64,000 nt of DNA from Octopus vulgaris (lineage: Eukaryota). Both the position numbers and the translations under genes were made by a program. The notes beneath the pieces were generated by a model. The model was not told the DNA's origin. It did not search any database and was given only the letters and a program-made list of their open reading frames with translations. Below are positions 55,555 through 64,000 of this stretch, piece by piece. Numbering within the stretch: the stretch's first letter is position 1; each line of letters begins with the position of its first letter. The DNA lies in assembly GCA_951406725.2 (NCBI GenBank), contig OX597820.1, positions 6,076,001-6,140,000 on the forward strand, in the 5' to 3' direction.

Positions 55555-55776
55555 TCTCTTTTACTCCCTTGTTTCAGTCATTTGACTGTGGCCATGCTGG
55601 AGCACCGCCTTTTAGTCAAACAAATCGACCCCAGGATTTATTCTTTGTAAAGCCTAGTACTTATTCTATCGGTGTCTTTTGCCGAACCGCTCTGTTACGG
55701 GGACGTGAACACACCCACATCGGTTGTCCAGCGATGGGGGAGGGAAAAACACAGACACACAAAAATACACACACAC

Positions 55777-55874
<98 letters not shown>

Positions 55875-56030
55875 GACAGGCTTCCTTCCTTCAACCATAT
55901 CCACTCACAATGCTTTGATCGGCCCGAGGCTATAGTAAAAGATACTTGCCCAAGGTGCCACGCAGTGGGACTGAACCCGGAACCATGTGGTTAGTAAACA
56001 AGTTTCTTACCACACAACCACTGCTGCGCG
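55555..56030 (-). mobile_element. SINE family B (other copies: 3880-4302 -, 9612-9733 -, 17915-18290 +, 21055-21215 -, 30415-30970 +, 57150-57648 -)
   Basis: Same head, microsatellite and tail architecture. Confidence 0.88.
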
Positions 56031-56271
56031 TATGTATATTTTATAAATGAAACCCGATCGGTTTTATTCGTTCAGTTGCTTCATTATCGCCGTATCTGCA
56101 GCCTTGCAGCCTCTCTTTATCTTGAGTTTAAATCATTTGAAACGCTACTAAGTCTTTCCTACGTTGAGCATCTCTGGATCTCATCTGTTGACTACACACA
56201 CACACTCGAGAAATTTTTATGTTGGCTGAAAACTTTGAAAGTGAAAGAATTTTAAATAAAACTAATTTTAA

Positions 56272-56565
56272 AAAACAATTGCAGCATGTTTATAAGCCAT
56301 TTAAAAACACACACACACACGCAAAACCCTTCAGATTATCTTCAACATTTAAATTTAATTTATCAAAATATTTTCGTCGCTTTGAGACCTCGATCTGTTC
56401 ACTGTCAAAATCCGTGCTGAATTTTGAATTTTGTCAGTGAACAGGTCGAGGTCTCAAAGCGACGAAAATATTTTGACAAATTAAATTTATATGTTGAAGT
56501 GAATTTAACGGTTTTTGTGTGTTTCTTAAATGGCTTATAAACATCTTCTACGCTGCAATTGTTTT
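56272..56565. repeat. About 290-bp palindromic cassette
   Basis: aaaacaattgcagc...tttgagacctcgatctgttcact / agtgaacaggtcgaggtctcaaa...gctgcaattgtttt. Confidence 0.95.
56430..56480 (+). ncRNA. Hammerhead variant with G3-C8 core (inverted copy at 56359-56410)
   Basis: TTTGTCA-GTGAACA-gGTCG...CGAC-GAAA-ATAT-TT-TGACAAA; 7-bp stem I, palindromic stem III. Confidence 0.72.
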
Positions 56566-56682
56566 CGTTCCAGCACACGATCTCAGATCAGGTCACTTTC
56601 TATGCAAGTACATCTCTGTAATTTAAAAAAATATAAATGAAAGAAGGAAAAATGGAATAAAGAAAGCCATCTATCTACTTAC

Positions 56683-57022
56683 CATCCATTAGGAAACACT
56701 GATGATACTTTATATTTCTCCTTATATGGGTTTAATTCCTCACATCGGAAAGATCCTAGCTTGGAGAAACTGATGTGTGTTTTGTTAATGACCACCTGTT
56801 CATTGTATTCTTCTTCATACAACATCCATTTGCCGACATATTTGTCAGCAAATTCGCACCGTTGTTTACTCTCTTCGCGGACACCTGAAAATATTCCATG
56901 TGAATGCAAACCATCAGATGCAACCTTCGGAGATTTTACTTTTAGTTTCTTTGAGAGGGGCTGGGTTTGTGTAGGAGCAGGGTGAGGAGAAATTAAAGTA
57001 GAAGAGCAAGTCGAAACTTGCC
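56683..57022 (-). CDS. Exon A of an uncharacterised cysteine-rich protein (QVSTCSSTL...RCEFADKYVGKWMLYEEEYNEQVVINKTHISFSKLGSFRCEELNPYKEKYKVSSVFPNG-C)
   Basis: Open frame from acceptor ttgttttaag to donor tg|gtaagt, phase 1 to phase 2. An alternative same-phase acceptor (attttcag) would start the exon at 56884. Confidence 0.8.
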
Positions 57023-57429
57023 CTTAAAACAATATGAGTAAAATTCCATAAGAACAACAAGAAGAACATCTACAACACGAATACGATGGAACAGATCTCA
57101 GGGACACGGCATCAAGGAATGAAATAACATATGTAACCTATTCTTTTTTCTTTTATTCCTTTACTTGTTTCAGTCATTTGACTGCCGCCATGCTGGAGCA
57201 CCGCCTTCAGTCGAACGAATCGACCCGCAGGACTTATTTTTTGTAAGTCCAGTGCTTATTCTACCGGACTCTTTTGCCGAACCGCTAAGTTACAGGGAAC
57301 ATAAACACACCAACGTCAATTGTCAAGCGATGGTGGGGTGACAAACACAGACACCCACCCAAACACACTCACACACACACACACACACACACTCTCTCAC
57401 ACACACACACACACACACACTCACACACG

Positions 57430-57488
<59 letters not shown>

Positions 57489-58871
57489 GACGGGTTTCTT
57501 TCAGTTTCCGTCTACCAAATCCACTCACAATGATTTGGTCAACCCGAAGATTTAGTAGAAATCACTTGCCAAGATGCCATGCAGTGGGATTGAACCCAGA
57601 ACCATGTGGTTGGTAAGCAAACTTCTTACCACAGAGCCACTCCTACTCGTATGTAGTAGTTTGATGAGCAGACATGTATACACATATTGAATATCTATGT
57701 TTACTTTGGCGATGAACATCCTTGTTAACGATGAACACTGCTCTGGAGGTTATTCAAGATGAACGAAATTATTAGTCCAAGAATAGAAACTTTTATTGAA
57801 TTTCTTAAACTATGAATGATAAATATAACAAAGGCAACAGCCACAATAGCGACAACTACAATAAAAACCAGATGAATTACGATAACAGAGATTAATGGTG
57901 AAATAATGGAAGCACTTGAAAGCGCTTTCAAAGTCACAAATGGCGGTGCAGTCTTCAGCACTTAAAAAAAAAACTTAAACGACGGCAAAAACAAGGATAA
58001 CAAAAAAAAATAAAAAGCAACACTGTCATTATCATCACAACAGCAACAACAGCAACAGAATTATTGGTAATTACTTTTAAAAATTTCAAATGACTAATGA
58101 ACAATTGTTGATGAATTCAATTACAAATATTTTCAACAAATAAATCGATAAAAAACATTAATATTTACAAAACAATTTCTTTTTTTGTAAAAATCTCAAA
58201 TGAAATATTGACAAAATGTTTAGTGTTTCGTTGATGTTTCAGTTGTTGTTTTTCTTGTTGTTGTAGGGAGTTGTTTGTGGCTGGTGATGTTGGAGGTGTT
58301 TAACTCTAGGCCAATTGTAGACGCGACGATCATAGATATTCCGTCCATGACATTCCCATCTGTTATTCCGTTTTAGTGTTTTTAGTAATATAATATCGAG
58401 CGTGTCTTCTCTTGTTGGTGGTGTTTTAGCAGAGGATATTAGTGGTGTTCCAGCCATGGCAATCACCTCTTTTATTCAATTATGTCGTTATGTTGTATCT
58501 AGGGTTACAATATCTACTGTGACCTTCAATTATTTGAAGAAATTTAAATGATATTTGTCAGTTATTTCAAGCAAATCAACTGACCAGGTAGAGAGACTGA
58601 CCCATAAATTCGTGTCGCAGGTCAATGTTAGTATCGTTTATTGTTGCTTGACCCTAGGTCAGTCTTAAGTAAGCAAAACTACGATCACATCGATTCAACT
58701 CTTACTGACCAGTTCATTTGACATTTGGTCTTAATGTATCTTGGACTACACTATACACCATTCACACTTTTTACAAAGATGGTTTAATATTTGATTGGCA
58801 TATTTTTGTATAAACATACATATATGATTAGTCTTTAAGTTGTACCTGAATTAGTCGAGTAATTAACGTAC

Positions 58872-58934
58872 CTGACGACATGCCAGTATGTTCACGTTGA
58901 GGTCCGAACAATCCCCCACCCCATATAACAAGCC
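58872..58934 (-). CDS. Possible upstream exon of the same gene (LVIWGGGLFGPQREHTGMSS-G)
   Basis: Donor cag|gtacgt and weak acceptor atttaaag; 63 nt, phase compatible with exon A, but the reading frame is ambiguous. Confidence 0.35.
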
Positions 58935-59893
58935 CTTTAAATTAAATTACGATTCCGTTTTATGAATGCTCTTATTGCTAATTTCTAAAATTAAATAATA
59001 ATTAAATTAATATTTCTATAATTTTTCGTTTTGAAAATTTAAATTATTAATCTACTGAGTAAGTATACAAAGCGGTGATGAAGAGTAAACTAAAGTAAGA
59101 TCAGTTCAAATCTGTTTGAGTCCAACAGAGGCCGCGTTTTTGCCTTAGGCAAGAATTATTTTTCTCCACGACAAACTGAAGTGAAAAGCCTTTACAGGTT
59201 CAAATATGTTTCAAATTTATTGGAACAGGCCTTTAATTATAAGATATATGTGCTATATCGTAGCGGAATTTGGTCTTAACTTAATATCTTACTCTTCTTG
59301 AGTATTGGGAGGGTCATTACGACAATAAAAATGACACACGCACTGGTTCAGTATTACTTCTTTAATGTTATTCAATCGGTTAAATATCTAACAAACTCAC
59401 TAATCAAGCATTTGTTTAATGTGTTGATTAAACAACCAATCGATTGTTTGTTAGTCCAAGTTCTTTCATCGCTGTTCGTGACCTTTCCAATGATTTCCCA
59501 CTCTCTTCAAAGTCTGCTTTGAGTCTGGGAAGAATTGGTCTTATGCTTGTGTGTGTGTTTCCTTTGGCGAATTTATTCTTGGATGCTTTGTTCCGTTTTG
59601 TTTTGTCTTCGTAAAGTTTTGTACTACAGAAGGAACCTGTCTGTATTACACTCACCACGTGATCTAATATTATCAATGTTGACCTTAGGTCAGATTATTG
59701 ATAAACAATAGCCTTATTATGGGTTGGAACTGAGATCGAAGTGGCTAATCGATAGCAAATTGCATTATCAAAGGTGATGGAGGCAAAAGTCGAGTCGAAG
59801 GTTCGAGTCCGTCAATGCTTTTTCATAGAGTCTCTGCTTGCAAATTATCGTGTGTGCATGCCATGCCTCTGTATGTGTGCGTGCATGCAGTGC

Positions 59894-59941
<48 letters not shown>

Positions 59942-60376
59942 GTTGTAAGCGTTTACATTTGTATATATTTGTATGTGTGTTCTTGGGATGTGTGTCTATG
60001 AATGTGTACGCGTAGATACGTCTCTGTTTATTGATCGGGTTGGGGTATGTGCGCATAATTTCGTTTGCGTGATAAAGTGTGTGAATATTCGTGAAAGAAT
60101 AGGAATGTGAGCGTGTATATAATGCATATGCCTAAACACACATCATACACATATATGTGCGTGTGTAAGTGCGCTACATGCACGTGTACAATTCTGTGTA
60201 TCTGTTCAGGAACCTCAAATGAAGAATCCCTGCAATGTTTTACAAATGTTCAATGTTCAATGATGGATTTGGAGGAGGAGTCAGTCTGCTATGATCTCAC
60301 CAAAACAAGCCCAGCGTTTCCAGGTTTTTATACATACATGCGTATATACATACATACATATATACATATACACACG

Positions 60377-60377
<1 letters not shown>

Positions 60378-60408
<31 letters not shown>

Positions 60409-60509
60409 TGTATGTATGTATGTATGTATGTATGTATGTATGTATGTATGTATGTATGTATGTATGTATGTATGTATGTATGTATGTATGTATGTATGTA
60501 TGTATGTAC

Positions 60510-60540
<31 letters not shown>

Positions 60541-60820
60541 TGTATGTATGTATGTATGTATGTATGTATGTATGTATGTACGTATGTATGTACGCATGTA
60601 TGTATGTATGTATGTATGTATGTATGTATGTATGTATGTATGTACATATGTATGTATGTATGTATGTATGTACGCATGTATGTATGTATGTATGTATGTA
60701 TGTATGTATGTACGTATGTATGTACGCATGTATGTATGTATGTATGTATGTATGTATGTATGTATGTATGTATGTATGTATGCATGTATGTATGTATGTA
60801 TGTATGTACGTACGTACGAA
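60378..60820. repeat. (TATG)n of about 440 bp with periodic TACG/CATG variants
   Basis: Direct reading. Confidence 0.95.
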
Positions 60821-61675
60821 CGTATGTGTGTATATGTGTGTGTGTGGCGAGATTGGCAGAATCGTTAGCCCGCCGGGCGAAATGCTTAGAGGTATTTCAT
60901 CTGCCGCTCCGCTCCGTTCTGAGTTCAAATTTCGCCGAGGTCGACTTTGCCTTTCATCCTTTCGGGGTCGATTAAATAAGTACCAGTTACGTACTGGGGT
61001 CGATAAAATCGGCTTAATCCGTTTGTCTGTCCTTGTTTGTCCTTTTTGTGTTTAGCCCCTTGTAGGTAGTAAAAAAATAGAATATATGTATATATGCATG
61101 TGTATGTATATGTGTATGTATATATGTATGTGTATGTGTGTATTATGTATGTGTATATCAATGTCTGTAACAGTGATGGGGACCACGGCTGTCTGTATGT
61201 CCGTCCACCATCGCTAGCATTCTCCACCAGCACCAATCCGCCACCTATAAAAGACAAAAACTGTACACAATGAAGAATTATTGGATGAGGTTTCCTTACC
61301 GCAAAGTCCACACGATCGTTGGCAATGGAGGTAGTATTTTCCCCCCTCCTTCGTACAACGGCCACGTCGCATGATTTCTCGACATTCTTCGTGGTCGTCC
61401 TCACAATTCCACGGATCTGTTGACGATCAAAAGTGAATTGTGAAGGGAGACCTAACACTCCGGGATGGGAAGAGTTCCATGTTAACACGGCCACTGATAG
61501 ACACGAACATACACATACATAATATATACACACACATACATATATATATTTACACATACACACACACGCACAGAAACGCACATAGAAAGAGGTAACTGAT
61601 ATGAATACAACTATTGAAACAAACTCACACACACAAAGGTAGGTACGCTCCATCACCTTACACGTCTCACCACAG

Positions 61676-61787
<112 letters not shown>

Positions 61788-61797
61788 GCCTGTCTAT

Positions 61798-62520
61798 CCT
61801 GAACGCACTCGTATAGTTTCCAACCATTTCCGACCTGTGGGCCTATGTCGAACGACTGCTATCGAGTGTGGGACGAGTCGGTTTAGCAGCCGAGTCTATT
61901 GTCAATATCGTCGCGCTTCCTTCCTTCAAACGGGGAAAGAAGAGCCATTTTCATCGTACTTGTGGCTATGGTGAAAGAATGTGGTATGGCGGACGCGTCT
62001 GAAAGGTCTAGAGACAAATACTTTCCTCTCTGGTCAATCTCTCATCAACTTCTTCAAGTATCACTTGAAGAGGAAGGTGAGAGTAGAGAGGAAAGTTTTG
62101 TCTCGTGAAAGTCTCAAAAGAAGATGAGTGAATGTAGCAAGGATGGCACGTGTGAATGACGAAGTCACCTTGAGCATAATCCTATGAACCAAAAAAAGAA
62201 AAAGAAAAAAAAAAGAAAAAAGAAAATCACATACTGTAATGCGTTTTTTTTAGCATGATATTTATTGCTCGAGGTTACCGTAGTATTTTCCGTAGGCTTT
62301 TCTTTCTACGGATAAACCTAATCTGTTTCCCCTCTTTACACTATGACATTTCTTTGATACAATATCCCCTATTGATCGTTTTTTTTGTTAACGATCCCTT
62401 TTGATCGAATTTCTACCCCGCTTTCCTTTTTTTTCTTTTCCTTCTCTTTCCCCCAGAGAAAAGATCTACTTTGTATTTTGTCCCCTCTGTGTTCCGGCGT
62501 TCCGTGGCCAATAAAGACAC
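61798..62520 (+). mobile_element. L1/Tx1-like LINE 3' fragment with 3' UTR
   Basis: Frameshifted [14 protein letters not shown]...AMVKECVVWRTR...FFKYHLKRK...; AATAAA at about 62510; flanked by TCTA/TCTG repeats. Confidence 0.65.
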
Positions 62521-64000
62521 ACAACCTCTCTATCTATCTCTGTCTATTTAATTGTGAAGCTATTTTCCTCGACGGTGCAATCGAAAACATCTTGGCATAA
62601 TAATAATTACCCTGCCCTGTCTTTCATCTTAAATATGATCGAATGCAGAAGAATAAAACATTAGTCCTCAATAAAAATCTTAAAATCTCAAAATAACAAG
62701 TTTAAAACACAAAAAATATAATCAAGAAAGACAACTCTAAATTAGAAGAATAGAGTTATTCCCCTTGCAAATATATATTTTAACGTTTAATCGTGGATGT
62801 GTTCGATATCATTGTGCTTGCAGTAGCTTGTTCGGTTTTTCAATTGTTTTGAATGCAGAGGGATAAATAATTGTGTCATACTTTCGTACTTCGGGGATCA
62901 ATAGAATAACATCGATCTTGACCTACGTCTGGAATTGATTTAATTGATTTAAATTGATATGCCTCCAAAAAGACGTCTTTGAAGATCTCGATACGAGTTC
63001 GAAATCTGAGTACTTCGTAGTGATGTTAACTCTGTGAAAACGGATAAGAATAAAAGCCCCACCGGCCACGGGACTCGCATCAGGAGCAACATTCACCCCC
63101 GCCTTCAGCTGTTATTAAGTTCCAAAAGCATCATGTCTGCTGTTAGTTGAGCGCAGAAGACGTTGCATCGTAATGTGTGTGTGCGCGTGTGTGTGTGTGT
63201 GTGTTCCTTAAAATGATTCTCAGATAGAATTCATGTAAAACAGAGTTTGTAACAAAATCTCGACTGGAAATCATCCGTCTGGCTTCCCACCAGTTTCCGC
63301 CAAAACAATTCCCCTTCCCCAGATTTGAGTGACCTGAGACTATGTTAAAAGAAACTTTTCCTAAAATACCAAGTCGTGAGATCGAAACGATGACCTCACA
63401 ATCAAAAGCCAAGCTCATATTAAACGACTAGGGGTTGACCAACTTGGTGCTTTAGGCTCGCCTATAGAGTATAGTACTGGTAGTAATAAAGTGTGGTACC
63501 TTACTACCGCTACGTAGACTGAGCCGTTGACAGTTATGGGCCTTTGTCATTGACGCGAATATTTACAACCAAGTGGACTACTGATAATTAACTGTATTTC
63601 TCCGATACAGAGTACATTGTCTATAGTTCGATATACCCCATTGTATTGAACCATGCTTCAATGTGGTACCTAGTGTCGCCCTCTGGTGCAATAATGTTGA
63701 ATATCAAGCGTGATGGCTACCGTATCTACAGAGTTGAACGTATTCTACAGCCACGGAAATTGTGTTAAGAATTTCAATGATATCATGCGTTGCTACATTA
63801 CGATGTTGTAATAGAGACGAATTCCTGCCGGAACTAAAATTTGAAACCTCCCCCGTCTCGCTATTGTTACTCACCCATCTTTTGAGTCTACCATTTCTCG
63901 CTCTCGCTGCTAACAATAACACACTCCTCCACTCCATCTATCCACACTTATACTCCTATAAATTATACAAGTGACAAAATTTATATGTAGAAGCACTGAT

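Noticed and set aside
61166-61487. Solo LTR (TGTAAC...TTAACA, TATAAAA)
   Set aside because: No target-site duplication and no second copy
63875-63955. Possible first exon ending ATGG|gtgagt
   Set aside because: Good donor and phase-compatible with 58934, but only four coding nt would be involved and no clear signal peptide results; cannot be supported

Overview
AT-rich, microsatellite-saturated eukaryotic DNA; the SINE and LINE repertoire suggests an Octopus-like cephalopod genome (inference, not a database result). Nearly all ORF-track entries are microsatellite artefacts. Supported content: (1) five phase-compatible minus-strand exons (57022-56683, 54746-54682, 43430-43323, 39666-39490, 38562-38465) that splice into about 260 aa of an uncharacterised cysteine-rich protein; (2) many tRNA-derived SINEs from about five families, some as 184-bp tandem multimers; (3) LINE remnants: a CR1-like element nested in another CR1-like element, an R4/Dong-like element in (TAA)n, and RTE-like, Tx1-like and Penelope-like fragments; (4) a TIR-complete mariner and several MITE/foldback elements. 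The most striking signal is a dispersed set of short (about 140-300 bp) non-coding cassettes, mostly in or beside (TA)n tracts and often palindromic. They carry about 16 recognisable type I hammerhead ribozyme motifs, including compensatory G3-C8 and U3-A8 core variants. A sister cassette family lacks a hammerhead and instead carries an unassigned covarying pseudoknot-like motif. All structures were folded by eye; element boundaries are approximate.
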